A stretch of DNA of 64,000 nucleotides, taken from an archaeon. Lineage in GTDB: Archaea > B1Sed10-29 > JAJSAI01. The stretch spans positions 23,265 to 87,264 of the forward strand of contig JAJSAI010000019.1 in the NCBI GenBank assembly GCA_024274695.1, read 5' to 3'. Made by a program: the position numbers and the translations under genes. Under the pieces are notes generated by a model. The model was not told where the DNA came from, ran no database searches, and worked only from the letters and a program-made list of their open reading frames with translations. Numbering within the stretch: position 1 is the stretch's first letter; each line of letters opens with the position of its first letter. This document shows positions 37,133 to 46,775 of this stretch, piece after piece.

Positions 37133-38260
37133 TTGATGAAGACGGAGACAAAAATTCTGATACTCGCGCTCGTGCTCACCCTCTCAGCGGGTCCTCTTGC
37201 CTGGGTGTTCAGCTCGCCCGCAGTGAAGCAGCTTCCTCCAGTAAGCCCTGAGAAGGAGCACGGGGTGTCCAGTCTTGTGTCCTCGGTGAGCTTTGTTGTT
37301 CCCGCGAACATAACCCGTGCCGGGGACACTCTCGTGGTCTCGGGAAAATCACTGTTCGCCATGAAGGACACGGCAGAAGAGCTCGCCTGCGGTGTTGCTA
37401 AAGAGTACAACATCTCACAGGACAACTGCGAGGTGCTGATGGCCTTGAACCCTGACGGGCCGGGATACGTGTACACGGTCCAGGTTTCAGGGGTTAATGA
37501 CAGCATAAGAAAAGAGCTCGGTTTCAGGATAGTTTACAGGCTCAGGAGAGCGGGAGTTTTCGGCTCGGCGGTCGTGCCCCCCGTGTTCTCGGCGGTAGTC
37601 AGCCTGCCTGACACGATAGTCCTTCCTGATAACACCACGCTGAACAACTCAAAGCACATGGCCCTGTCAGGAGTGCCTGTGGTGTACTCTAGCAGGACCA
37701 ACGAGACAGTGCTACTGAACTGCACCGCGGCGGTTATAAGGAACAAGATACTCTCCCTCTCCGCGTGCAGGGACGTGAGAGCAGTTCCGGACGACAGGTT
37801 CATGGGACTGTCCCCCTTTGACCTCATGATAACCCCCCTGAAGTACTCTGAAGAGAACATTACCGTCGTGGCACAGAACGAGACCAGGATCACAGCATCC
37901 TTTGACCCGTCACTTAACATAACAGAGGAACAGGTGAAAAGCGCGCTGAACTGGACGAACGTTTACTCCGTGGCTATAGGGAACGGGTCCATGTCACTGC
38001 TCATAGCGCCTCTTGCCAATGTCTCCAGGGCAAGATCATCCCTGCAGGCCCTCGGTGCGTCGGTTGACTCGGTGGAGTGGAACACCAAGTTCCTGCTGGA
38101 CAAGCCCAAGATTACTTTGGACGGGAAGGAGTACCTGCTCCTGATAAACTTTTTCCAGGAATGGGTTAACGAGTCCCTTTCTCCTGGAACCGTCCTAGAA
38201 AAAAGGCTGGAGTTCAGCACCAAGTACGGGGAGATAATAGGCGTTGGGCTCGCTAGCTAA
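37133..38260 (+). CDS. Secreted protein with a signal peptide and 14 N-x-S/T sequons. Candidate surface glycoprotein.
   Basis: N-terminal ILILALVLTLSAGPLA. Sequons NIT, NIS, NDS, NTT, NNS, NET, NCT and others are read directly from the translation. Confidence 0.45.
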   Translation: MMKTETKILILALVLTLSAGPLAWVFSSPAVKQLPPVSPEKEHGVSSLVSSVSFVVPANITRAGDTLVVSGKSLFAMKDTAEELACGVAKEYNISQDNCEVLMALNPDGPGYVYTVQVSGVNDSIRKELGFRIVYRLRRAGVFGSAVVPPVFSAVVSLPDTIVLPDNTTLNNSKHMALSGVPVVYSSRTNETVLLNCTAAVIRNKILSLSACRDVRAVPDDRFMGLSPFDLMITPLKYSEENITVVAQNETRITASFDPSLNITEEQVKSALNWTNVYSVAIGNGSMSLLIAPLANVSRARSSLQALGASVDSVEWNTKFLLDKPKITLDGKEYLLLINFFQEWVNESLSPGTVLEKRLEFSTKYGEIIGVGLAS

Positions 38261-38576
38261 GCCGGAGTATCGCCTCTGCAATGTCCCCTCCGGTTTCACG
38301 CAGCGCTTTTTCAGCCTCTTCTGCTGTTCTCCCTGTCTTTTCTGCCACGAGCTTCACGTCATCCTCAGAGAACGGTTTAAGCTCCTCCTCAACCGCGTTA
38401 CCCATAACCTGCCAGGTCTTCTGGCCCTGCGCCTCGATAAGAAGCACCTGAGGATTCGTTATCCTGATTATCTTGTCTGATGACTTGATTATCACCTCGT
38501 CCGCCGGGACGGGAGACTGTTTTATTCCAAGCTGCTTCATCATCTTTTCCATCATCTTCGGATTCATTCCCATCAT
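38253..38576 (-). CDS. nac: Nascent polypeptide-associated complex alpha subunit.
   Basis: NAC domain VIIKSSDKIIRITNPQV plus a C-terminal UBA-like AEEAEKALRETGGDIAEAI. Stop is TAG. Confidence 0.8.
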   Translation of the reverse strand: MMGMNPKMMEKMMKQLGIKQSPVPADEVIIKSSDKIIRITNPQVLLIEAQGQKTWQVMGNAVEEELKPFSEDDVKLVAEKTGRTAEEAEKALRETGGDIAEAILRLS

Positions 38577-38650
38577 GAACCTTCTTCTAAACGTTCTGTT
38601 TTAAAGCACTTGTCGTTACTTTTTTAACCGCCTGCTGCCTAACCTTCCAC

Positions 38651-39280
38651 ATGATAGTTATCGGTAACCTGAAGGCTTACGAGAAGGTGTTTCAAGGGAC
38701 TGACGTTGACAGCGCTGTGCTTGAGGCAATAAGGGAATACGTTTCCTCAGGAGGTGTGATCAAGCTTGAGAGTGTTACCCCCATGAAAATCGCGTACCCC
38801 AGCAGGAACAGGCTCAAGGCCCAGCTTGACGAGGTCAGGGCAAAAAAGAGGAAGATCACAGAGGAAATGAGGAACCTGCGCAGAAAACAGGAGAAAGGAA
38901 AGAAAGCCCTCCGGAAAATAAAGGTTATCGCAGACCCCTTGTATTGGAAGCACAGGATAAAACTGCTCGCCGATCCAGGATACCGGAAAGCGTACGAGAC
39001 CGTTGAAATGCCGGTAGCGGCCATGACAGACCCTAAGCACAGGAAAATGGTGGAGATGTTTGTCACGAACCCAGAGTACCGCGAGAGGCTGGTGGAGGCC
39101 AGGACATCTGTCATAGGAAGGTCCAGGGGTTCCATAAGAGAGAGTGTGGAAAAGTCGGACAAGTTCAAGGAAGAAGTGATAAGCGAGAGGCTCGGCAAGC
39201 TAGAGAAGGAACTTGAAAAGTACGAGCGGAGGGAGAAGGCCCTCAACACACTGCTACAGTTTTCAAGCAAGGTTTTCTAA
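38651..39280 (+). CDS. Basic coiled-coil hypothetical protein.
   Basis: 209-aa ORF, K/R/E-rich. Confidence 0.35.
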   Translation: MIVIGNLKAYEKVFQGTDVDSAVLEAIREYVSSGGVIKLESVTPMKIAYPSRNRLKAQLDEVRAKKRKITEEMRNLRRKQEKGKKALRKIKVIADPLYWKHRIKLLADPGYRKAYETVEMPVAAMTDPKHRKMVEMFVTNPEYRERLVEARTSVIGRSRGSIRESVEKSDKFKEEVISERLGKLEKELEKYERREKALNTLLQFSSKVF

Positions 39281-39459
39281 AACCAGAGTGGTCTTCCTTT
39301 TGCGATGAATGCGATTACTTCCAGGATCGTGGGAAGCGCGAACAGTATCACGGCTCCCTTTGCCTGATTCTTTTCCAGCACGTTTCCCCTGTCAGCAGCG
39401 CCCACGAGCACCGCGAGCAAGAGCATGCTAAAGAGCCAGCTGAACACCCACTCTATCAT
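39277..39459 (-). CDS. Small 2-TM membrane protein.
   Basis: 60-aa hydrophobic ORF. Confidence 0.25.
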   Translation of the reverse strand: MIEWVFSWLFSMLLLAVLVGAADRGNVLEKNQAKGAVILFALPTILEVIAFIAKGRPLWF

Positions 39460-39512
39460 AGGATACGAAAGGAAGCGATCGTTTTTATTGTTTTCCAGCG
39501 GAGAATACTCTC

Positions 39513-41585
39513 GTGGACAAGGAGGAGATAATAAGAAGAGTGCTGGAAGCGCACGGGATACAAAGGCTGAACCCTGTCCAGGAAGAGGCCGTGACCAAGG
39601 GCCTTTTCAAGCACAGGAACATGGTCATCTCAGCCCCGACAGGATCAGGGAAAACGCTGTGCGCTGAAATGGCTGCCCTGCACACAGCCTACTCAGGAGG
39701 GAAAACGGTCATCCTTTCTCCCCTTCGCGCTCTTGCTTCAGAGCACTACGAGACATTTTCAGAAATCCACCCCAGCACAGCCCTCAGCATAGGAGACTAT
39801 GACAGCCAGGACGCCTACCTGAAAAAGTACGACATCATCAGCTGCTCGTACGAAAAGTTCGACTCTCTCCTCAGGCACAGGAGCCCGTGGATAAGGGACG
39901 TGAGGCTTCTTGTTGTCGACGAGGTCCACGAGATAGACTCTGACAGGGGGCCGGTGCTCGAGACTGTCATGTCAAGAATAATGCACATGGTTCCCGAAGC
40001 GAGGATACTCGCGCTCAGCGCCACGATCCCTAACGCGTTCGAGATCGCGGAATGGCTTGACGCCGCGCTAGTGATATCTGAGTACAGGGCAGTGCCCCTG
40101 AAGGAGGGAGTTTACTTTGAGAGGGTGATAGACTACGGTGACCACGCAGAGAAAGTGGAGTCAAGCAGGTCCGAGGACATCCTCTCGATCCTGGAGCACG
40201 CGGTGCGCAAGGGACAGCAGGCCCTCGTGTTCGCCAACACCCGGAGGAACGCAGAATCCCTCGCCAAAAAGGCAGCGGCCATAACAGCCGGGCACGCTCC
40301 TCCTGAGGCCGGCGAGGCCGCAGAAAAGGTTCTGAGCGTGCTCGATCCGCCCACAGAACAGTGCGCTAAGCTCGCAGGCCTTGTGAAAAAGGGTGTGGCG
40401 TTCCACCACGCAGGGCTCGTGCAGAAGCAGAGGAAGATAATAGAGGACGCCTTCAGGGAAGGTGTGATAAGAGTGCTCTGCTCAACTCCCACCGTGGCCG
40501 CGGGCGTGAACCTTCCAGCGCACTACGTGATAATCCCCTCCGTGCACGTTTACAGGGACGGCCCCACCCTCATGAGCGTGAGGGAATACAAGCAAAAGGT
40601 GGGAAGGGCTGGGCGCATAAAGTACGATTCTCTTGGAGAAGCGATAACAATAGCCAGGTCAGAACCCGAAAAAAAGATGATCTTCGACAAGTACATCAAC
40701 GGGGTGCCCGAGAGAGTGGACTCCAGGCTCGGGAGCCAGTCTGTTCTGAGAACGCACGCTCTCGCGTGCGCGTGCAGCATGATAACCACACTGGACGGGC
40801 TCGTGGAGTTCTTCTCCAGGACATTCTACGCGTACCAGAACGGCCCCACGGTCCTAAGACCACTGCTGGAAAACATTGTTGAAGAACTCGCGTCCTACGG
40901 TTTTCTTGACAAGAAAGAAGAACACTACCTGCCGACCAGGATAGGGTTCAGGGTAAACGAATTGTACATAGACCCGCTGTCCGCGAAGAGCATGTTGGAC
41001 TGTCTGCTCTCGGAAAAGCACGCCAGCGACCTTGGCTACCTGCTCATGATCGCGGACACGACCGAGATGAGCCCCTGGCTTTCTGTTTCCAGAAAAGACG
41101 AGCCTGTCCTGTTCGAGAGGGCAGCGGCAGAATCCCAGGGTCTTTTCAAGACAGTGGACGGGTTCCATTTTGACTACTTTTACCTGAACAAGTTCAAGCT
41201 CGCGCTAATGCTGCACGACTGGATTAGCGAGAGGACTGAGCAGGAAATCCTAAGAGAATATAATATCCCTCCAGGGATATTGTACTCTTTCTTGTCCAAC
41301 GCGGACTGGCTGCTGTACTCAGCGGCAGAGCTCGCCCGGATATCAGGAAGAAAAGACCGGGCCAAGGGCCTTTCACTGCTCAGGGAGAGGGTCAAGCACG
41401 GGGTCAGAAAAGAGCTCCTTCCGCTCGTCATGCTCAAACACGTCGGGAGGGTCAGGGCCAGGATCTTGTGGAACGCGGGCGTCAGAAAACCCTCTGACCT
41501 GAAAAAGATTCCAGTACCAGAACTTGAAAGACTGCTCGGGAAAAAGACCGCGCGCAAGGTGCTCGAGCAAGTGGGTGAAGCATGA
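39513..41585 (+). CDS. hel308: Hel308/Hjm Ski2-like DNA helicase.
   Basis: APTGSGKT, DEVH, SAT, HHAGL, GVNLPA, and the C-terminal winged-helix/HhH of Hel308. Confidence 0.85.
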   Translation: MDKEEIIRRVLEAHGIQRLNPVQEEAVTKGLFKHRNMVISAPTGSGKTLCAEMAALHTAYSGGKTVILSPLRALASEHYETFSEIHPSTALSIGDYDSQDAYLKKYDIISCSYEKFDSLLRHRSPWIRDVRLLVVDEVHEIDSDRGPVLETVMSRIMHMVPEARILALSATIPNAFEIAEWLDAALVISEYRAVPLKEGVYFERVIDYGDHAEKVESSRSEDILSILEHAVRKGQQALVFANTRRNAESLAKKAAAITAGHAPPEAGEAAEKVLSVLDPPTEQCAKLAGLVKKGVAFHHAGLVQKQRKIIEDAFREGVIRVLCSTPTVAAGVNLPAHYVIIPSVHVYRDGPTLMSVREYKQKVGRAGRIKYDSLGEAITIARSEPEKKMIFDKYINGVPERVDSRLGSQSVLRTHALACACSMITTLDGLVEFFSRTFYAYQNGPTVLRPLLENIVEELASYGFLDKKEEHYLPTRIGFRVNELYIDPLSAKSMLDCLLSEKHASDLGYLLMIADTTEMSPWLSVSRKDEPVLFERAAAESQGLFKTVDGFHFDYFYLNKFKLALMLHDWISERTEQEILREYNIPPGILYSFLSNADWLLYSAAELARISGRKDRAKGLSLLRERVKHGVRKELLPLVMLKHVGRVRARILWNAGVRKPSDLKKIPVPELERLLGKKTARKVLEQVGEA

Positions 41586-41683
41586 TGGCAGACGCCCTCA
41601 GGAAGAGCGGGTTTCCTCACTCACGCGCTCCCGTGGGGGCGCGGGTTGGGTGACCCTCTTATCTTCATAGGGCGAGCGTGAAA

Positions 41684-42895
41684 CTATTCCCCGAACTGTT
41701 TTTTCATGAGGTCAATAATGTTCTGGGCAGGGTACGCGAGTCTTATGAGGGTAGTGTTCCCCCTGACTCCTTTTCCTGAGAGGGTTGTGGTGATGAGCCC
41801 GAGCATTTCCAGTTCGTTCATGTACTCCTTGCACCATCTTGCGGTCCTAGGCTCTCTTCCCAGCACCCTGCATATCCTGTTGTACCTGTCGTATACTTCT
41901 CCTGTGAACAGCACGTTCTCGGCCACTGTTCCATCAAGCCTCGCGTAGTGCCCTCCTTCTTTCGAGAGCTGGGCTATCGCGTACAAGAGGATCTTCTGGT
42001 GCTCTGGCAGGGTCTTTATCACGTTGTACACGATCTCGTTCTCGACCCCTTTCCTGGCGAGGTTCACGTGCTTGTCCGTGACCTTCTGGTCTCCCATCTC
42101 GTCAGCTATTTCCCCTGCTTTGAACAACAGCCGGAGCGCGTACCTCGCATCTCCTGACTCGTTCGCGGCCAGGGCGCTGGCGAGGTTTATCGCGCTCTCG
42201 TCAACAGCCCCTGGCTTGAACCCAAGCTTTACCCTCTGTTCCAGGATATCTTTTAGTTCCTCAGCATTGTAGGGAGGGAACACGAGCTCGTCCTCGAACA
42301 ACGCGCTCTTGCTCCTTGGGTCGAGGGAGTCCTTGAAGTTTATGTTGTTGGAAATGCCGATCATGCTTATCCTTCCGGCGGCCAGCTCGTCGTTCGCCCT
42401 GGTTATGGTGTAAATAAGATCGTCCAGGTTCTTGACCTTATCAACCTCGTCCAGCACGAGTATCATGCTCAGGTTGTTGGACTGCACGTAGTCCACGACC
42501 TTCTGGAACAAGTGCGAGAAGGGAAACCCTAGGAAAGACTCTTCAGGGTAGCAGTACTCCGCGACCTTTAGCATGACCTGGTACTTCGTGTTTAGTATCC
42601 TGCAGTTAGTGTAAACACATTCAACGCTCGCCCCGTACTTTTTCTTGACCGCCATGAGTTTGTCAATAACATGCTTGGTTGACACCGTTTTTCCCGTGCC
42701 AGTCTTCCCGTACAAGAACATGTTGTTTATTGTTTTTCCGGACAGGGAAGGAGCGAGCTTTTGCATGAGCGCCTGGATTTGAGCCTCCCTGTGGGGAAGT
42801 GTTTCCGGGACAAAATGAGGGCTGAGCACGTTCCTGTCAACAAAAACAGTTGACTTCCTGAGCTCTTTTTCGAAGATATCATCCATCATCATCAC
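41684..42895 (-). CDS. cdc6: Orc1/Cdc6 replication initiator (paralog 1).
   Basis: PHREAQIQAL, LYGKTGTGKT Walker A, ILVLDEVD Walker B, and a C-terminal winged helix. Stop is TAG. Confidence 0.9.
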   Translation of the reverse strand: MMMMDDIFEKELRKSTVFVDRNVLSPHFVPETLPHREAQIQALMQKLAPSLSGKTINNMFLYGKTGTGKTVSTKHVIDKLMAVKKKYGASVECVYTNCRILNTKYQVMLKVAEYCYPEESFLGFPFSHLFQKVVDYVQSNNLSMILVLDEVDKVKNLDDLIYTITRANDELAAGRISMIGISNNINFKDSLDPRSKSALFEDELVFPPYNAEELKDILEQRVKLGFKPGAVDESAINLASALAANESGDARYALRLLFKAGEIADEMGDQKVTDKHVNLARKGVENEIVYNVIKTLPEHQKILLYAIAQLSKEGGHYARLDGTVAENVLFTGEVYDRYNRICRVLGREPRTARWCKEYMNELEMLGLITTTLSGKGVRGNTTLIRLAYPAQNIIDLMKKQFGE

Positions 42896-43034
42896 TGTCC
42901 CCCGGACCGCGAGCGCCTCCTAGAAAGGGGTTACTTGAATTATGAGACTACCAGTATAAAAACGTTTTTAGGGTAAGTGTTTTAAACAACGTGAGCCAAA
43001 ATACTAACAAAAACAAAAGACTGGAGGTAGTATC

Positions 43035-43385
43035 ATGCCTGCGCTGTTGGGAAAACTGAAGACGTCAAAAAATGTTGACATCGAAGAGTACCTGGACAAT
43101 CTTGCTCTTGAGGAAGAGGATCTTCTGGAAGAACATGCTGACATGTGGGTCAAGCCTCTTTCCCTGGAGTCTGTCGGGGATGTTGAGGACGTTGTTTCAG
43201 AGTTGAGGAAGGGGAACATAATCCTGTTGAACATTTCTCCGCTGTACAAGAAAAACACCATAAAACTGAAGCAGGCCATCTCAGAACTGAAGGGACAGGT
43301 TTCAGAGCTTGACGGCGACATCGCCAGGATAACCGAGGAGAAAGTGCTGGTGACTCCTAGCAGGGTGAAAATAGCCAAAAAGTGA
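43035..43385 (+). CDS. sepF: SepF-like cell-division protein (FtsZ anchor).
   Basis: VKPLSLESVGDVEDVVSELRKGNIILLNISPL...GQVSELDGDIARITEEKVLVTP matches the SepF/DUF552 core pattern. Confidence 0.6.
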   Translation: MPALLGKLKTSKNVDIEEYLDNLALEEEDLLEEHADMWVKPLSLESVGDVEDVVSELRKGNIILLNISPLYKKNTIKLKQAISELKGQVSELDGDIARITEEKVLVTPSRVKIAKK

Positions 43386-43391
43386 GACGGT

Positions 43392-44138
43392 TTGATCCTG
43401 GACAAGCCGGCCCTGGTGCTCAGGTACACTGTCGACGACGTGGTCGAGGCAGTTGACAGGAGTCTGAGGCGCAGGGGCTGGAAAGAGTTTGAGATAAGCA
43501 GTCTCAAACTCTACTACCTTCCCTTCTACATTTTCAATTACGATGTCCTGGTGGAACAGAGCGTCCAGGGACAGACTTTTTCTCAAGGGTTCTCGGGGAC
43601 AATGGCCATGGACGCGGTCTCGGGAAAACTGCAGCCCCTGATAACCGAGCTACTGGACAGCCAGCCCGTTTCCTTTGAAAAGAAGGTCTCGCACGACATA
43701 CAGTTCACTCCCGTGACCCCTGCTCTGAAGCCGGATGAGGCGAAAAGGACTGCCGCCAGGCAACTCGCGGGAAAGTTCGGGATAGGCGCGGAGTCAGTGG
43801 AAACGGCGGGGTTCAGGATAATATACTGGCCCGTGTGGAGGGTTTTCGTTTCCATGCCCGCCGGGTTCTACAAGCTTGATGTTGACGGGTTCAGTGGGGT
43901 TATCCTGAACGAAGGAGAGATTCCGGTGAGGGAGAAAACGTGGAAGGACGTGATGGCGGAGACCATTGACCTGATGAAGACCCCGAAGGGCTGGGCAGTC
44001 CTCCTGAAGAAAACCTTCAGCGTGATCAGCAAAACAGGAAAAGGAGGAAGCGTGTTCTCAAAGCCCTGGTTCAAGTGGGCTGTCACGTTCTTACTGCTTG
44101 TCGTGCTCTTGTACCTACTCTTCAGCGGCGGGTTCTGA
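43392..44138 (+). CDS. Hypothetical protein with a C-terminal TM anchor, co-transcribed with sepF.
   Basis: Starts 7 nt after the sepF stop. C-terminal WAVTFLLLVVLLYLLF. Confidence 0.4.
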   Translation: MILDKPALVLRYTVDDVVEAVDRSLRRRGWKEFEISSLKLYYLPFYIFNYDVLVEQSVQGQTFSQGFSGTMAMDAVSGKLQPLITELLDSQPVSFEKKVSHDIQFTPVTPALKPDEAKRTAARQLAGKFGIGAESVETAGFRIIYWPVWRVFVSMPAGFYKLDVDGFSGVILNEGEIPVREKTWKDVMAETIDLMKTPKGWAVLLKKTFSVISKTGKGGSVFSKPWFKWAVTFLLLVVLLYLLFSGGF

Positions 44139-44147
44139 AACTTCTTC

Positions 44148-46748
44148 TTAAACAAAGTCTGCAAGGCTCTTCTGCTTCTGTGCTTCCGCCCTCTTCTCCA
44201 TTTCCTCGAGCTCGAAGAAGCTTTTCACGTCATTCTCTATCAGAATGAGCCTTTGCTTCAGGTACTCTGAGAGGTGATACTTGTTCGCGATGTTCTTTGA
44301 CACGTCAAGGTACTTTACTATGCCTCCCTTGCTCACGGTCAGCACGAGCTTGCCCCCGCATTTGTAACACTTGCCGGACAAGGGCGCTCTCCTGTAGACC
44401 GTGTTGCAGTCAACGCACCTGAGGCCCTGCTGTCCAAAGGCCCTAAGGTTTCCCATCATGTCCCGCATGAAATGGAAGTTTATTACCCTGCTCGCAAGGT
44501 CCCTTTCGTCCACCGCGAGAATCTTTTCCCCGAGGTCAAGCTGTTTTTCAACTTTTTCCGCCATTGTCTTGAGGGTTGTGTACGCTGACCTCACGGGCCC
44601 CTCGTCTATCCTGTGGGTCTCGTGAGTGTACCCGAACCCGTGATACTGTTCCGGCGTTTCAAGCCTGTCCTTTACGGTTTCTATTTTCACGTCCGACGGG
44701 TTCAGGTTGTTGCACGCTGCCTCGTAGTACTCCAGGGGGTATTCTGAGACCACGTCCATCTCGTGGACCTGGTCGTCCACTTCCCGAGGGTCTATTTTTG
44801 TTGTGAGCACCATGGCCGCGTCCATGGTGCCCCCTCTCGAGCTCGGGAGGTACTTCTTGCTGAAGTTCAGCAGTGCATCCAGCAAGAGCATGAACGCGTC
44901 CTCGTCGCCGTCACAGTCCCTCCTGCACGCGGCGTGCATGTACGGGTGCGCGTAGGTTCCCCTGGCCCTGTGGAACCCGATGATCCTGCCGAGAACTCCA
45001 ACAGAAATGTGCGGCGCGAGGCAGATGACCAGATGTCCCACGAGATCTTCTGGTTTTTCCGCGTTGTAGTATCTTGGCAGTCCGTAGAATTTTTCCAGCA
45101 GATCGTCAATGAACTTTGCTGTGGCCAGCACGTACTCTGCCGAGTCTTCTGGTATTACAATGTCCTGTACGAACAGCTCGCACACCTGTTCCGGGTCTGT
45201 GAGTGGGTTGCCGTCTTTGTCGTACAAGTACCCGAGCTCTCTTGCTTTTTCAACACTCAATCCTATCTCTCTTGGCTTGAAGTGGGTTAACGGCAGGTTC
45301 GTCGCGTCGAACCGTACCGTCCCGTCCCTGAACACGGTGACTCCGTGCTTTGCTCTAAGCATTCCCTTTTCCACGGGCTCGAAGAACTTGCCAGAGTTTA
45401 TCAGGCCTTCTACGGCCTTTGTTTTTTCAGGGGTTTTCTCGCCAAGCGTTTCCTCCGCTTTCTTGAGAAGGGTTTTCAGGTCTAGCGCTATGTGGGCGTA
45501 GGGCAGCGCTCTTCCTCCGCAGTGCTTGCACACCTCTGTTTTTCCTTTTTTTCCGCACTTGGTGCACGTGTAAACCACTTCTGTGCGTGCCCCGCAGTCG
45601 TGGCAGTAGTAGCTTAGCGTTTCCTTGTCGCACTTGGGGCACTTGAGCCGCACGGCTTCCACTGATACGACTCCCTTTTCAGCGGCCTTTTTCAGGAGCC
45701 TTGTTTTTCCTCCGCTGTACTTTATTGGGAACAGCAGGTGTGGCGGCGGGCTCATTTTCCTGGGTTTTGCTTTTTCAGGCCTGCCCATCCTGGCTCCGAC
45801 GAACGTTCCTCCTTTGTCCATGACCCTGAAACCGCACGCCTTGCTGATGGCTTCCAGGACATCATCTTCTTCCTCAAGAGCCCTTTCAAGGTCTTCCACG
45901 TGCTCAAGGCACAGTGTTTCTATCAGAGGGCCTGCTTCTTCTATTATTACCTTCCCTTCCCTGAGCTTGTGAGGAACCCCTATCCTTTCAAGGATCCTTT
46001 TTTCTTCTGAGACCCTCACCTCGAGCACCCTGCTATCTTCTCCTGCTATTCCTTTCACCGTGCTAGTGCTTCCGGTGGCAAGCCATCTCGCGAGCTTCGC
46101 GAGCTCCTGTTTTTCAAGCAGGTTATAGTAGTACAAGTACCTGGGATGCATTGGAAGCCCTTTCCACGCGAGCTCTACTGCCTGTTCAGAGCTCACGTTC
46201 CACGGGTCCATCCTCGCTCCATTTTCCTCGCATATCTTCTGCCACCATTCCTCACAGAATCCTGGCTTCACGAGAGGGTGGTTAGCTTTCAGGAAGTCCC
46301 CGTGGCTCACGAGAAGATCGCCCAAGAAGAGTATTTCAACTATGTCGTCCTTTACCTCCATCGCCCTCGGCACGCTGTCAACTCTTATGACGTCACCGTT
46401 CCTCAGGAGGACGGTCGGCCCTTCTATGGTGCTGACCGGGACCGTCACGCACCCTTTCCCAGGCCTTTCGAGCTTGAGCTGGGTTCCTATGGCCATGAAC
46501 TCGTTCACGAGGTACATGGTCGCAGGGTCCACTCCCTTCGCGTTCAGGCCCGTGTTCCTGCTCCTGCCGTACCTTAGTCTGAACCCTCCTGGCCTGCTCG
46601 GGTAAGCGAATATGGGCCTGCCGCCCACTATGTCCGAGAGGTACTTGGTCACGGGCTTTATTTCCTTTTTCTCTCCTGTTTTTTTGGTTATCCTGACTAT
46701 AGCCTCTATCCAGTCCCACCCGAGGTCATGTTTCTTGGAGTACTTCAA
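44148..46748 (-). CDS. DNA polymerase D large subunit (DP2), C-terminal 866-aa portion downstream of an in-frame TAG.
   Basis: Cys-rich zinc-finger cluster CPKCDKE...CHDCG...CTKCGKKG...CKHCG, typical of DP2. Reading across the TAG gives GGMALVIA*GIAQKAAKLLKY, which is consistent with the conserved motif spanning this junction in other DP2 proteins as recalled from memory. Confidence 0.8.
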   Translation of the reverse strand: MKYSKKHDLGWDWIEAIVRITKKTGEKKEIKPVTKYLSDIVGGRPIFAYPSRPGGFRLRYGRSRNTGLNAKGVDPATMYLVNEFMAIGTQLKLERPGKGCVTVPVSTIEGPTVLLRNGDVIRVDSVPRAMEVKDDIVEILFLGDLLVSHGDFLKANHPLVKPGFCEEWWQKICEENGARMDPWNVSSEQAVELAWKGLPMHPRYLYYYNLLEKQELAKLARWLATGSTSTVKGIAGEDSRVLEVRVSEEKRILERIGVPHKLREGKVIIEEAGPLIETLCLEHVEDLERALEEEDDVLEAISKACGFRVMDKGGTFVGARMGRPEKAKPRKMSPPPHLLFPIKYSGGKTRLLKKAAEKGVVSVEAVRLKCPKCDKETLSYYCHDCGARTEVVYTCTKCGKKGKTEVCKHCGGRALPYAHIALDLKTLLKKAEETLGEKTPEKTKAVEGLINSGKFFEPVEKGMLRAKHGVTVFRDGTVRFDATNLPLTHFKPREIGLSVEKARELGYLYDKDGNPLTDPEQVCELFVQDIVIPEDSAEYVLATAKFIDDLLEKFYGLPRYYNAEKPEDLVGHLVICLAPHISVGVLGRIIGFHRARGTYAHPYMHAACRRDCDGDEDAFMLLLDALLNFSKKYLPSSRGGTMDAAMVLTTKIDPREVDDQVHEMDVVSEYPLEYYEAACNNLNPSDVKIETVKDRLETPEQYHGFGYTHETHRIDEGPVRSAYTTLKTMAEKVEKQLDLGEKILAVDERDLASRVINFHFMRDMMGNLRAFGQQGLRCVDCNTVYRRAPLSGKCYKCGGKLVLTVSKGGIVKYLDVSKNIANKYHLSEYLKQRLILIENDVKSFFELEEMEKRAEAQKQKSLADFV

Positions 46749-46775
46749 GAGCTTGGCCGCTTTCTGGGCTATCCC

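Noticed and set aside
42896-43034. Replication origin immediately upstream of cdc6-1
   Set aside because: The region is only 139 bp, and no repeated ORB or mini-ORB-like elements were discernible by eye. Kept as a low-interest finding, not a feature.
44401-46605. Multiple + strand ORFs (74-175 aa) inside the PolD large-subunit gene
   Set aside because: The minus-strand DP2 reading frame has unmistakable Zn-finger and polymerase motifs. These are antisense shadows.
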